Source: an uncultured Lactobacillus sp.
GTDB lineage: Bacteria > Bacillota > Bacilli > Lactobacillales > Lactobacillaceae
Length of the DNA: 64,000 bases
Assembly: GCA_946481335.1 (NCBI GenBank)
Contig: CAMLMR010000001.1
Span: 10,187-74,186, forward strand
Direction of reading: 5' to 3'
Shown: one piece after another, positions 29,097 to 39,500 of the stretch
Numbering within the stretch: position 1 is the stretch's first letter
How the letters are laid out: each line of letters starts with the position of its first letter
Notes under the pieces: generated by a model
The model's database searches: none
The model's input: the letters and a program-made list of their open reading frames with translations, nothing else
Told to the model about the DNA's origin: nothing
Position numbers and translations under genes: made by a program

Positions 29097-30869
29097 TTAA
29101 TTAATTGGTGTGGTTGATTTCAATACTTCGGATCTCCAAAGTACGACTAAATAACCATAACCATTGTTATCGAATGATAGACTTTCGAATTCGCGGTTGG
29201 TACCAAAAGTTGTGTAGTGCACATCTTGTGGTTGAATGTTGTCGTTTCTAACTTCATCCACCGGAATAGAAATAATCATATCGTTTGATAGTAGGTATAA
29301 ACGGTTATTATTACGGTTGTAAGTAACCCCTTGATTGAAACTACCTGGCCACTTAATCAATCCTTTGACTGGTGAGAATTGGATTTCACTATCCTCCATC
29401 TTCCCATGAAATAGTGTGTAAGTGTTTTGCATTCCTTTAGGCCCACCCTTGATTCCAAAGTACGCATTTCCTTCAATATCAAAGGTTAATGTATGCAATG
29501 CATAGTAGTGCCCCTTATTGTTTAGTTTGAAACGGTAAACATGAACCGGCTTCATATTTTCGGCGTCCATTTCAGTCACTTGATTGTAGAAGTCACCCTT
29601 CACAGTACCTAGCTTGTCGTCTTGTGCCAAGTAGACATGGTTGTTACTTGGGTTGTATGACAATGTTTGACCATGACCGATATTGGTAACCGGACTAATT
29701 GTTAATATTTTGGATAAGTCAAAGTATTTTTTAAACAAATCGTTGCGTTGACCAATTCGGTTAATCTCACGTTTATTATGATTAATCTTAGCGTTCCATT
29801 CCTTTATCTTGTTCTTGCCATTGTTAATCAACTTACCTTGCGCCTTTTTAACACGGTTGTACTTCTTGAACGCCTTAGGTACCAGTTTAACAATATTATT
29901 CTTTTTCTTCTTGTTGTTTAAATTCTTATAAGCCTTATTCAACTTGGCAATACGTTTTTTAATCGCTCTTGTCTTGTGAATCTTACTTAACTTTTTAAAG
30001 GTTTTTCTGTTAGCCTTAATCGATTTATTAATTTTGTTTCTTACTTGCTTAATCGCATTAGTGAAAGTCTTTTCGTTATTTTTAGCTTTAACATTAGATG
30101 TATTAACTGCCTTTCTCATCTTAATAATTTTTGCTTGTAAGTTATTGTTATCTCTTCTGTATATATCGGTATTAACAATGAAACTAGATAGTTTCTTGTT
30201 ATTATCCTTACCGTATGTAGAATTACGATTAAAGAAGTTAAAGACCTTTGCCATAATATTTTGTTGTGTGCTGGTATCAATACCTAACTTATCAAGTGCA
30301 TCCAATTTAATTTTTACTATGGCACCCTTGTTGGTATTAGTTCCAGCTGATTCAACAAAGTAGATACTATCGTTTGCAATAATGCCACCTTGGTAGTTAC
30401 CGTGTTCACCTGGACTAACGTGAAAACCCTCTGGTAGGAACCACTTAGTCTTAAATGTAGTCGATCCGGTATTCACTGAATCAATTGATGTGTAATTACT
30501 TGGTACGGCCATGTTGCGTACACGTGTGTAATTCCCCCATGTTGCATTAATCTTTGGTATCTTGGTGTCAATTACGTGGTAATTGGCGTTATTGTTATCG
30601 ACATAGGCATTCTCAGTGGTAGTGGTTGGAATCCCATTGGTATCGATAGAATCACTGATGGTCTTATTATCGTTAAATTTATCACCAGTCTTTTGTGTGC
30701 CCTCGTTCGGCTTTGTATCTCCATCGATTGATTCCGGATCTTTGTCATCAATGATGTTTGAAGCGCTATGGGCATCTGCTGATGCCTTTATCCCAAAGTC
30801 AATTGAAGGCAATGACATTAACATTGAAATGATTGTCAAAAGTAAGAATGCATTTCTTATTTTTTTCAT
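29097..30869 (-). CDS. Secreted extracellular protein, probable beta-propeller with a Lys-rich helical insert
   Basis: Signal peptide MKKIRNAF; GHGQTLSYNP, NQGVTYN and REFESLSFD blade-like motifs; central basic coiled-coil-like segment. Confidence 0.6.
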   Translation of the reverse strand: MKKIRNAFLLLTIISMLMSLPSIDFGIKASADAHSASNIIDDKDPESIDGDTKPNEGTQKTGDKFNDNKTISDSIDTNGIPTTTTENAYVDNNNANYHVIDTKIPKINATWGNYTRVRNMAVPSNYTSIDSVNTGSTTFKTKWFLPEGFHVSPGEHGNYQGGIIANDSIYFVESAGTNTNKGAIVKIKLDALDKLGIDTSTQQNIMAKVFNFFNRNSTYGKDNNKKLSSFIVNTDIYRRDNNNLQAKIIKMRKAVNTSNVKAKNNEKTFTNAIKQVRNKINKSIKANRKTFKKLSKIHKTRAIKKRIAKLNKAYKNLNNKKKKNNIVKLVPKAFKKYNRVKKAQGKLINNGKNKIKEWNAKINHNKREINRIGQRNDLFKKYFDLSKILTISPVTNIGHGQTLSYNPSNNHVYLAQDDKLGTVKGDFYNQVTEMDAENMKPVHVYRFKLNNKGHYYALHTLTFDIEGNAYFGIKGGPKGMQNTYTLFHGKMEDSEIQFSPVKGLIKWPGSFNQGVTYNRNNNRLYLLSNDMIISIPVDEVRNDNIQPQDVHYTTFGTNREFESLSFDNNGYGYLVVLWRSEVLKSTTPIN

Positions 30870-31032
30870 GTTAAAACTTGCCCCTCTCAAATTTAATCAC
30901 TGTTTTTATTTATAACCCTTTACTCAACGTTTTGCAATAAAATAATTGCTAAATAATGCGCTGATAATTTAAAAACATTTTTAACATGATATAATGTTAA
31001 ATAATATTGTATAAATGAAAAGGACGTTTTTA

Positions 31033-32436
31033 ATGGCATACAAAAATCGCAACAATCGTTCCAACTATGACGACGTAAATGTTGAAGTTGGACAACAATT
31101 TAAAATGACCATCAAAAGAATGGGCATTAACGGTGAAGGAATTGGTTTTTACGAACACAAGCTTGTCTTTGTTACCGGTGCTTTCACCGATGAAAAAGTG
31201 GTCGCTGAAGTAACTAAGGTTTATCCTAACTATATCAAGGCCAAAGCTGTAAAGATTAATCGTGTCTCACCAGATCGTGTTGAACCTCGCGATAGCTATG
31301 CTGGTAATGTTGGTGGATTTGAACTTGAATCCCTTTCATATCCTGCTCAACTTCGTTTCAAACGTGATTTAATCAAACAGGCATTAGAAAAGTTCCAACC
31401 ACAAGGTTACAAGAACTTTAAAATCCGTTCTACTATGGGAATGGAAGATCCTTACGAATACCGTAACAAGGCTCAATTCCCCGTTAGAATAAAAGACGGC
31501 AAGGTAATTGCCGGCCTATTCAAGGAAGGTACTCACGAATTAGTTGACCTTCCAGAATGTTCAGTTCAATATCCAGCAACCATGAAGGTAATGAGAAAGA
31601 TTGTTGAATTCATTCAAGAACTTGAAATTCCCGTTTTTGATGAATCAAACAATTCTGGAATCATCAAGACCGTGATTGTCCGTGCTGCGTTAAACACCGA
31701 CGACGTTCAAGTTGTATTCGTAACCAACACTCCTAAGTTCGTTAAAAAAGGATTTATGCTAAAGAAAATCATGATGGAACTACCTGAAGTAACATCCGTT
31801 ATGCAAAACATCAACCCCGGTGACTCCCCTCTTATCTGGGGTGACAAAACAGTTCACCTTGCTGGTAAGGATACCATCGTTGAAAAGATTAAGGGGCTTA
31901 GCTTCGAACTATCAGCTCGTGCTTTCCTACAATTAAACTCAATCATGTTGCCAAGGCTTTATGAAGTTGCAATTTCAGCACTTGAACTTACTGGAAACGA
32001 AAAGATTGTCGATGCATATTCAGGTGTTGGTACCATCGGTTTACCTTTAGCAAAACACGCTGAAGAAATTCGTGGAATGGATATCATCCCCGAAGCCGTT
32101 GAAGATGCCAATCACAATGCCATCATCAACAAGATCAGAAACGCCTACTACGAAGTAGGTAAAGCCGAAGACTTACTACCAGAGTGGTTAGAAGAAGGCT
32201 TCAAGCCGGATGCCATCATTGTTGACCCACCACGTACTGGACTAGACGATAAATTAATCGATGCGATCTTAAAGAGTGCGCCAGAAAAATTCGTATATGT
32301 ATCATGTAACCCTTCAACCATGGCTTCCGATTTAGTTCAACTAACTCGCAAGTACAAAGTTGACTTCATTCAACCAATTGACATGATGCCACAAACACCA
32401 CGCTGTGAAGCAGTTGTTAAATTCACTAGAAAATAA
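31033..32436 (+). CDS. rlmD: 23S rRNA (uracil-C5)-methyltransferase RlmD/TrmA family
   Basis: TRAM domain (MGINGEGIG), YRNKAQFP, AFLQLN, DAYSGVGTIG, VDPPRTG and catalytic YVSCNPST. Confidence 0.9.
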   Translation: MAYKNRNNRSNYDDVNVEVGQQFKMTIKRMGINGEGIGFYEHKLVFVTGAFTDEKVVAEVTKVYPNYIKAKAVKINRVSPDRVEPRDSYAGNVGGFELESLSYPAQLRFKRDLIKQALEKFQPQGYKNFKIRSTMGMEDPYEYRNKAQFPVRIKDGKVIAGLFKEGTHELVDLPECSVQYPATMKVMRKIVEFIQELEIPVFDESNNSGIIKTVIVRAALNTDDVQVVFVTNTPKFVKKGFMLKKIMMELPEVTSVMQNINPGDSPLIWGDKTVHLAGKDTIVEKIKGLSFELSARAFLQLNSIMLPRLYEVAISALELTGNEKIVDAYSGVGTIGLPLAKHAEEIRGMDIIPEAVEDANHNAIINKIRNAYYEVGKAEDLLPEWLEEGFKPDAIIVDPPRTGLDDKLIDAILKSAPEKFVYVSCNPSTMASDLVQLTRKYKVDFIQPIDMMPQTPRCEAVVKFTRK

Positions 32437-32458
32437 TCGATAGAAAGTAGGTATTCAC

Positions 32459-32896
32459 ATGAATAACTTCCCTAAACCACCAGATTTTAAGCAAAATTTC
32501 GTTTTTATGATTAAACGTGACGATCGCATCAAGTTTGGTCGTTTTGGATTTTCAATTCTATCATTCTTGTTACACTGGATTCCTTCAATCTTGCGTTCTG
32601 ATTATTACAACACTGCTTGTATCATCGGTGTTGATACTTGTATCTACATGGCTGTTCATATGTTCTTACAACTAGTATTGAACGTCGACCCTAGCAGTTC
32701 AGCAAACATTACCTACTTTGTAGGTGCCGTTATCTGGGGACTAGGATACAACAGCATGTACATCAGACGCTTAGTTAACAAAGGCTTTAAGCCAATTGAT
32801 GTCGATTCTCAAAATGTTTTGAAAGACCATCGCATTAACTGTGAACTAACCGACATGACTCCAGACGAAATTAACAATCAAGGACCAACATTATAA
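32459..32896 (+). CDS. Membrane protein, DUF2628-like
   Basis: KFGRFGFSILSFLLHWIPSILRSDY resembles the GFSWxxFFFGxxxxLFRGD pattern; YNSMYIRRLVNKGF. Confidence 0.5.
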   Translation: MNNFPKPPDFKQNFVFMIKRDDRIKFGRFGFSILSFLLHWIPSILRSDYYNTACIIGVDTCIYMAVHMFLQLVLNVDPSSSANITYFVGAVIWGLGYNSMYIRRLVNKGFKPIDVDSQNVLKDHRINCELTDMTPDEINNQGPTL

Positions 32897-32899
32897 AAG

Positions 32900-32932
32900 A
32901 AAAGACTCAAGAATATATCTTGAGTCTTTTTT
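32900..32932. terminator. Bidirectional terminator
   Basis: aaaagactcaaga-atata-tcttgagtctttttt. Confidence 0.85.
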
Positions 32933-32954
32933 ATTTGCGATTTTTTTATTAGTA

Positions 32955-33185
32955 TTATTTGCTAATCTTTAAATCTAAATCGTCACCAATATGTTCGGTG
33001 TAATTAAAGCCAGCTTCTTTGAAGTATTTCTTTAATTCATCATTCACATTTTTTAGTGGACGGCGATCTTCTTTTTGTTGAAACGCCTTAATGTCATATG
33101 TGGAATTATCTGAGTCCACATTTACAAAGTTATATTCCACATCGACTGTGTTTAAAATTTGTTGAATTAATTGTCTTTCTGTCAT
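32955..33185 (-). CDS. Small acidic hypothetical protein (76 aa)
   Basis: RBS gggagg, ATG start, intergenic position. Confidence 0.65.
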   Translation of the reverse strand: MTERQLIQQILNTVDVEYNFVNVDSDNSTYDIKAFQQKEDRRPLKNVNDELKKYFKEAGFNYTEHIGDDLDLKISK

Positions 33186-33340
33186 AATTATCCTCCCAAT
33201 AATACTTCACCCTTTATTGTAAAACTAATTTTTATATTTGTTAAAAATGATTGAAAAAACTTTTCTTTAGATTTTCTTTACTCAAATTTTACTCTCACTG
33301 CGTTATAATAATTGTGATTACATAAAAAGGAGTATCTAAT

Positions 33341-34975
33341 ATGAATTTCTTCTTAAACTCTAGCTTTAACGCTAAAAATTCGGGGATTGAACATGCCCAA
33401 CTAAAGCGTGCTAAATTATTTGAAAAATTTAATGAAGACTACCGCTTAGTATTTCGCGAATGGAATCCATTATTACACTTTCATTTGAACAACAATGGCA
33501 TCGAAGACAAATACATTCTAAGTATTTTTGACTACTTTCAAGAAGCAACTGACGTCAAAAGACAAATCGTTCATCCCAAAGATATTGATTTTGGGGTAGA
33601 TGACCTAAAGTATGAAGAAGAAAAAGACCAGGACAGACTGATTGTCTACCACAACAAACAAATCGTGGCTAGAATCAATCTATTTGATAAGGAAGTTACC
33701 GATGATCAAATCGTTAAGTCTGTCGAATTATTCGATGGTTTTTCTAACCTATATCGTGTCGACTTTTACGACTACCGTGGTTTCCTATCAATGGCACAAT
33801 GGTATACTCCTGATAACAAAATCGCCACTGAAACTTGGTACACCCCTAGTGGCCGTCCAGCCGTTGAAGATTACTTCAGATTAAATGCCCAAGGCAAACT
33901 AAAAAAATCTGGTTTTAAAACCATCGATAAGAAAGGTAGTGTGCGCACTTACAATAATATTGTTGGAATCATTAAAGAATTCCTTGAACATGTCAACGTC
34001 CAATTCATGGATGAAAACCACCCCAATATTTACGTAATGGATCGTTCAGATTACTTTGAAGAAATTCTAGAAACATTAAATTCCCCTACCTACACTGTCT
34101 TACATCTACATAACTCACATGCCGGAGACGCGCAAAAACCTGATACATCCATCATGAATAATAACTACGAATATTCATTAACTGATGTTAACAGATATGA
34201 TGCACTAGTCTCTGCGACCGAAAAGCAAACAGTAGATGTTAAGCGTCGTTTTAACCCATCAATCGATATGTTTACCATCCCTGTTGGTGTGATTAAAAAC
34301 GAAGACCTAAAACGCAAACGTGTCCCTATGAGCGACCGTAAAAAACACAGTATTGTGGTGACCGCTCGTGTGGCTCCAGAAAAACAAATCAACAAAATCA
34401 TCGATGCCATGGGAATGGCAAAAAAACAGGTTCCAGACATCAACTTAGACGTTTATGGATATGTAGACCATTCTAACGATGACATCGCCATGAAACGCAT
34501 TAATGCGGCTCTAGACGAGTATGATTTGAAGGATGCCGTTCATTTACACAGCTACACCAACGACGTTGCTGGCGTGCAAAGAAATGCTCAAATCTATGCT
34601 TTAGCATCCGTGATGGAAGGTTTCAACCTTGCCTTAATGGAAGCCCAAGCTCAAGGTGATGTCGGTATTACCTTCGATACTAACTACGGACCAAACGAAT
34701 TAATCGTTAACAATGAAAATGGTTATGTCGTGGAATACAACGACACCAAAGCCCTTTCAGACAAGATGGTAGAACTATTCACTAACGATGAGTTACTACA
34801 ACAAATGTCCGATCAATCTTACGAACTATCCAATCGTTTCTCAGAAGACAGTGTCTGGGCTGATTGGCAAGAACTAATTAATGCGGCTAAGAGTACTTGG
34901 CACGACAAACTAAAAACATATCACTTCGATACCAAAGATGGTCTAAGTGATATGGAACACACAGAGGAGGCTTAA
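33341..34975 (+). CDS. GT4 glycosyltransferase (GtfA/TagE-like), gene 1
   Basis: SGIEHAQLKR N-terminus, HLHNSH, RVAPEKQ and Ex7E motif EGFNLALME. Confidence 0.88.
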   Translation: MNFFLNSSFNAKNSGIEHAQLKRAKLFEKFNEDYRLVFREWNPLLHFHLNNNGIEDKYILSIFDYFQEATDVKRQIVHPKDIDFGVDDLKYEEEKDQDRLIVYHNKQIVARINLFDKEVTDDQIVKSVELFDGFSNLYRVDFYDYRGFLSMAQWYTPDNKIATETWYTPSGRPAVEDYFRLNAQGKLKKSGFKTIDKKGSVRTYNNIVGIIKEFLEHVNVQFMDENHPNIYVMDRSDYFEEILETLNSPTYTVLHLHNSHAGDAQKPDTSIMNNNYEYSLTDVNRYDALVSATEKQTVDVKRRFNPSIDMFTIPVGVIKNEDLKRKRVPMSDRKKHSIVVTARVAPEKQINKIIDAMGMAKKQVPDINLDVYGYVDHSNDDIAMKRINAALDEYDLKDAVHLHSYTNDVAGVQRNAQIYALASVMEGFNLALMEAQAQGDVGITFDTNYGPNELIVNNENGYVVEYNDTKALSDKMVELFTNDELLQQMSDQSYELSNRFSEDSVWADWQELINAAKSTWHDKLKTYHFDTKDGLSDMEHTEEA

Positions 34976-34977
34976 TC

Positions 34978-36492
34978 ATGACCAAGAAATTTTTATTCGT
35001 GAATGAAAACATTTTTACTTTCAATTCTGGAACTGAATTTTCAGCCATGAACCGAATCAAACTGTTCAAACAAAATCACATTGATGCCAAAATTGTTACC
35101 AGAAACTTCAACCCTAGTTTGCATCAAGAAATCAAAAAGTACGGTCTAGACGATAGCGACGTCATCAACATGTACGACTATTTTCAAGGTGAGATGGGTG
35201 GCAAAACTCATCACGAATACCTTCGATACTCTAATCTAGTTGATAAACATGAATTTAAAATCAACGGTGTTGATAATAACAAGTCCTACATCGAACGTTT
35301 GGGTCAACGTGTTGCCAAAGTATCAATCTTCCCACTAACCGTTGGTGAAATTGGTAATGTCGATTACTACGACAACTTCGGTAACGTCGCCAGTCGTGAC
35401 GTCTTTGACTACCGTGGTTTCAAATCAAAAGAAATTTACATGCATCCGGATGGCAACATTGGTCATGAATTAATCTTCAACACTAATGGAGTTCCGGTAA
35501 TGGAAATCACCCACATGAACGTCGGTGAACAGTTAATGCCAACCATGTTCAAACTGCTAAACTATCATGGTAAGACTTATCGTTTTAACACCGAAGATGA
35601 ACTATACACATTCTTCTTAGATGAGATTTCTGATGAAGAAACCGTCGTTATCAACGATCGTCCATCATTAACTGTTGTCGTCAGTGAAATGAAATCCACC
35701 AACCACAAATACCAGGTGATGCATAACGAACACACCGAAAATCCTGCTGAAGCTGGCAATAAAAAGGCAAAGTTATTTAACAACTTAATTCCCCTATTTG
35801 AAAGCAACAGCGATTCTTATAGCGGTGTCATCGTTCCAACCGATGAACAACGAAATGACTTGGCTAAGCGTTTCCATAAGATGAACTTCTACACCATTTT
35901 TGACACCGCCATTTTGGAAATGCATCAACCTGAAACTGAAGTTACCAACCATGAAATTACATACATGGGAAGAGTCTTTCGGGATAAGAATGTCACAGAG
36001 TTGCTATCAATCATTCCAGCAATTAAGCAATCCGTCCCAGACGTTCATTTAACTATGATGGGATACTTTGAATCAGCTCAATTCAAGAATGAATTAGATG
36101 AAATCATTAAACAGTTAGACATCAAAGATAATGTTTCAATGGTTGATTACAAGACCGGTAAAGATAAGGATAAAATCCTAAGAGATACCCGCGTGTTAGT
36201 ACAATCATCTAAGGGTGAAGGATTAAGTATGGCTTTAATCGAAGGATTAGCTTACGGGATTCCCGAAGTTGCCTACGACGTTAATTACGGTCCTAACCAA
36301 ATCATCGATGATCAAAGAAATGGTTTCCTAGTTCCTGCCGGAGACCTTGGAACATTCGCTGGTAAAGTTCTTTCCGTCTTAAATGATAATAATCTCCACA
36401 AGACGCAAAGCGATTTTGCGATTGTCCAAGCTGATAAGTTCAGCGCTGACAACGTTATGAAACAATGGAATGAATTCTTCAAAACAATCTAA
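34978..36492 (+). CDS. GT4 glycosyltransferase (GtfA/TagE-like), gene 2
   Basis: SGTEFSAMNR, MHNEH, GRVFRDKN, Ex7E motif EGLSMALIE and YGPNQII; starts 2 nt after the gene 1 stop. Confidence 0.88.
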   Translation: MTKKFLFVNENIFTFNSGTEFSAMNRIKLFKQNHIDAKIVTRNFNPSLHQEIKKYGLDDSDVINMYDYFQGEMGGKTHHEYLRYSNLVDKHEFKINGVDNNKSYIERLGQRVAKVSIFPLTVGEIGNVDYYDNFGNVASRDVFDYRGFKSKEIYMHPDGNIGHELIFNTNGVPVMEITHMNVGEQLMPTMFKLLNYHGKTYRFNTEDELYTFFLDEISDEETVVINDRPSLTVVVSEMKSTNHKYQVMHNEHTENPAEAGNKKAKLFNNLIPLFESNSDSYSGVIVPTDEQRNDLAKRFHKMNFYTIFDTAILEMHQPETEVTNHEITYMGRVFRDKNVTELLSIIPAIKQSVPDVHLTMMGYFESAQFKNELDEIIKQLDIKDNVSMVDYKTGKDKDKILRDTRVLVQSSKGEGLSMALIEGLAYGIPEVAYDVNYGPNQIIDDQRNGFLVPAGDLGTFAGKVLSVLNDNNLHKTQSDFAIVQADKFSADNVMKQWNEFFKTI

Positions 36493-36493
36493 C

Positions 36494-36528
36494 AAAAAAG
36501 CCCCTATCTATTCGATAGGAGCTTTTTT
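36494..36528. terminator. Bidirectional terminator between the GT pair and the 3004-aa gene
   Basis: aaaaaagc(c)cctatc...gatagg(a)gctttttt. Confidence 0.8.
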
Positions 36529-36529
36529 A

Positions 36530-39500
36530 TTACTCTTTATTAATCCAAGTCTTATTGGCGGTAATGTACTTACCATGACCAATGTATAGTCTTGTAATGT
36601 TCTTGTATTCAACGGCCTTCAATACCTTGATCTTAGCGCCAGCCTTAATACGTCCAACAGCGTGCTTCTTAGTGAAGCTTGGACTGTTATAGATAACAAT
36701 ACCTTGACGTCTAATTACACGGTAAGATTTCTTGTTATTTTGCTTATTAACTGCATAATAACCATCGGCATAGTCATAACTGTCTACATACTTGCCACGG
36801 ACCTTCAATAATAGGTGACCTGCAGAATACTTGTATCCGGTTACCTTATGAACTGAAGTGTGGTTTCTGGTTGCGTTTAGACTAAATACATACTTAGGAA
36901 CACTATCAAAGTCATTCTTTAGACTTACATAATGTTTATTAGCGGAAACGTATTCGCCATTACCTAATGATAGTCTGGTAATTCCATTTGATTCCACAAC
37001 CTTTTCAACATGGAATTGAGAACCGTATGCCATGAAACGTTTACGATTGCGTTTTTCGAAACTGGTTCCTTCATATACCCATACACCTTTATGAGCTGAA
37101 ACAATGTAATCGTTGGTAGGTTCATTGATTGAGTAGTACTTTCCATTTTTCTTCTTAATATCATTCAATTGTTCTTGAAGATCATTAATATCGGATTGGT
37201 CTTGCTTAATTGTCTTAGCACTTTGAGCATCCCTATCATTGAATGATTGAGTTGCCTTGGCTAACTCATCCTTGTATTGAGCTTGCAATGATTGAGCTTG
37301 ACTTGCTAATTGTGATTGTTGAAGAGCATATGCTTCGTTTGAAGCAGCTTCTGATTTAGCTTTAATAAATGCAATTGCTGTTTCGTATTCTGAAGTCACT
37401 GTTTGCTTAATTAACTTAGCTTGGACGTCAGCTTGACTAGCAGCTTGGCTCTTGGCTGCACTTAAAGCAGCTTCATTTTCAATCGCTTGTGAGCTTAGTT
37501 GAGCATCTCTTTGTGCATTTAGTGAAGCAATTGCACTTGAGTAGTCAGTGCTCATTGCAGCGATTAAGCTATCAGCCTTGGAGTTAGCAGCACTAACTGC
37601 AGCTTGTTTGTCTCTATCAACTTGTGAACTCAATGATGCAATTTGACTAGCAAATTCAGAGTTAGCTGAATTTGATGAGGCAAAGTATTGGCTTTCAAGA
37701 GCAGCTTGCTTAGAAGCAATTTCGCTATCAGCAACACTTCTTGCAACGCTAGCTGCACTTGATGTAGCACTATCAATTTCTGCTTGGGCAGAACTTCTTT
37801 GATTTGCCATCAAACTGTCGTACTTGTCTTTAATAGCTTTGGCTGCATCTGCATTAGATTTAGCAAGACTATCAAATTGGGCTTGAGCTGAGCTATTCAT
37901 TGCGTTTCTAACGTCTTCAATTGCTTGACTTGCGGCTCTAGATTGTTGGTCATTCTTATCGTTTAATGACTTAACTTGGTCGCCGAATGATTGAGCATAT
38001 GAATCTGCAATTGACTTAGCATAGCTAGTAGCTGAACTTGATGCGGAATTAACAGTTGAATCAATGATTGATTGGGCAACTGATGAAGCAGCTTCACTGT
38101 CTGCACTAGCCTTGGACATTGCTTGGTTCAATGCAGCTTCATTGGCTTTTGAAGTCGCAATTGATTGTTGAGTAGCAATGCTTTGTGCAGTTGATCTGGC
38201 AGAAGCGACAACTGAATTTTGGATTGATTGAGCGTTTTGTGAAGCAAAAACGCTATCGTTGTAGGCTTTTTGTTGAGCCAAACTCAATGCTTGTGAGTTT
38301 GCAACTGATAATGAATCCATGTTTGATTGAGCAATACTTTGCGCTGTTGATTGAGCTGATTGCATTGCTGCTTGAACACTTTGTGCTACTGATTGACTAT
38401 CAGCAATTGATTTAGCTTCAGCTGCACTTTGTGCTGATGAGTTAGAAGCATTCATTGAATCAATTGCAGCCTTGGCTTGTGCTGATGATAGGCTTCTAGC
38501 TGATTCAACCGCACTAGCAATGTCTGCTTCAGCCTTTTGTTGAGCAGCCCTACTATCTGCCAATGATTGAGCGTTGGCTGAACTCAATGCACTTTGGAAT
38601 TGAGCTTGCAATGAAGCAATGTTTGCAGCAGCAACGCTTCTTTCCATGCTTTGTGCTAATTCAACGTCATTTTCTGCGCTTTGAACAGCAGCTAAACTGT
38701 CTTGTTGAGCCTTTAATTGAGCAGCTGAAATTGCAGCTTGGTTGGCACTATTTAGTGATGAAATCAAAGAGTTGGCTGAGTCTTGAGCTGATTGGCGAGC
38801 TGAATCTAATGCTGAGTTCTTAACAGATTCGGCACGGCTTGATGCAGAAACACTATCATCTTGAGCCTTTTGTTGGGCTGAGCTTAATGCTTGTGAATTA
38901 GCAGCTGATTGACTGTCTAATGCAGCTGTAATTGATTGTTGAGCAAAAGAACTAGCAGCACTTAGTTTAATATCATATAGACTTTGTGCCATCATGCTAT
39001 CTTCTAATGCCTTTCTTTGAGCATCGGCTAAAGCCTTTGAGTTTGCAGATGAAACTTCTTTAGATTGTTCAATTGCAATGCTTTGTGCTACTGATTGAGC
39101 AGAAGAAACAGCATCTGTCTTTTCTGATTCGGCAGCTTGACTCGCTTTAATGATACTTGCTTGATAACTTGATGCTTGATCATTTAATGCTTGTGCATAT
39201 GAGTTTTCAATTGTTTGAATTTGCGCATCTGTAACAGTCTTAGCGGCTGACTTAGCAGATGATACCGCATCATCAATCAATGATTTTGCATAGCTTGAAG
39301 CAGCTTCACTGTCAGATGATGACTTAGATTGGGCATCAGCCAATGATTGAGCGTTGGCAGAAGATTGACTTGCAAAGACAGAGTTTGCTGAATTTTGAAC
39401 AGATTGGGTAGCGGAAGCAACCGCTGAGTTCAAGATTGATTGAGCAATTGAAGATGCTGCCAAACTATCTGTTCTAGCCTTTGTAACGGCTGATGATAAT

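Noticed and set aside
30980-31001. Inverted repeat tttaacat-N6-atgttaaa spanning the extended -10 box of rlmD
   Set aside because: The 8-bp arms are AT-only except one C/G, which is expected by chance in this AT-rich intergenic DNA. No second copy was seen.
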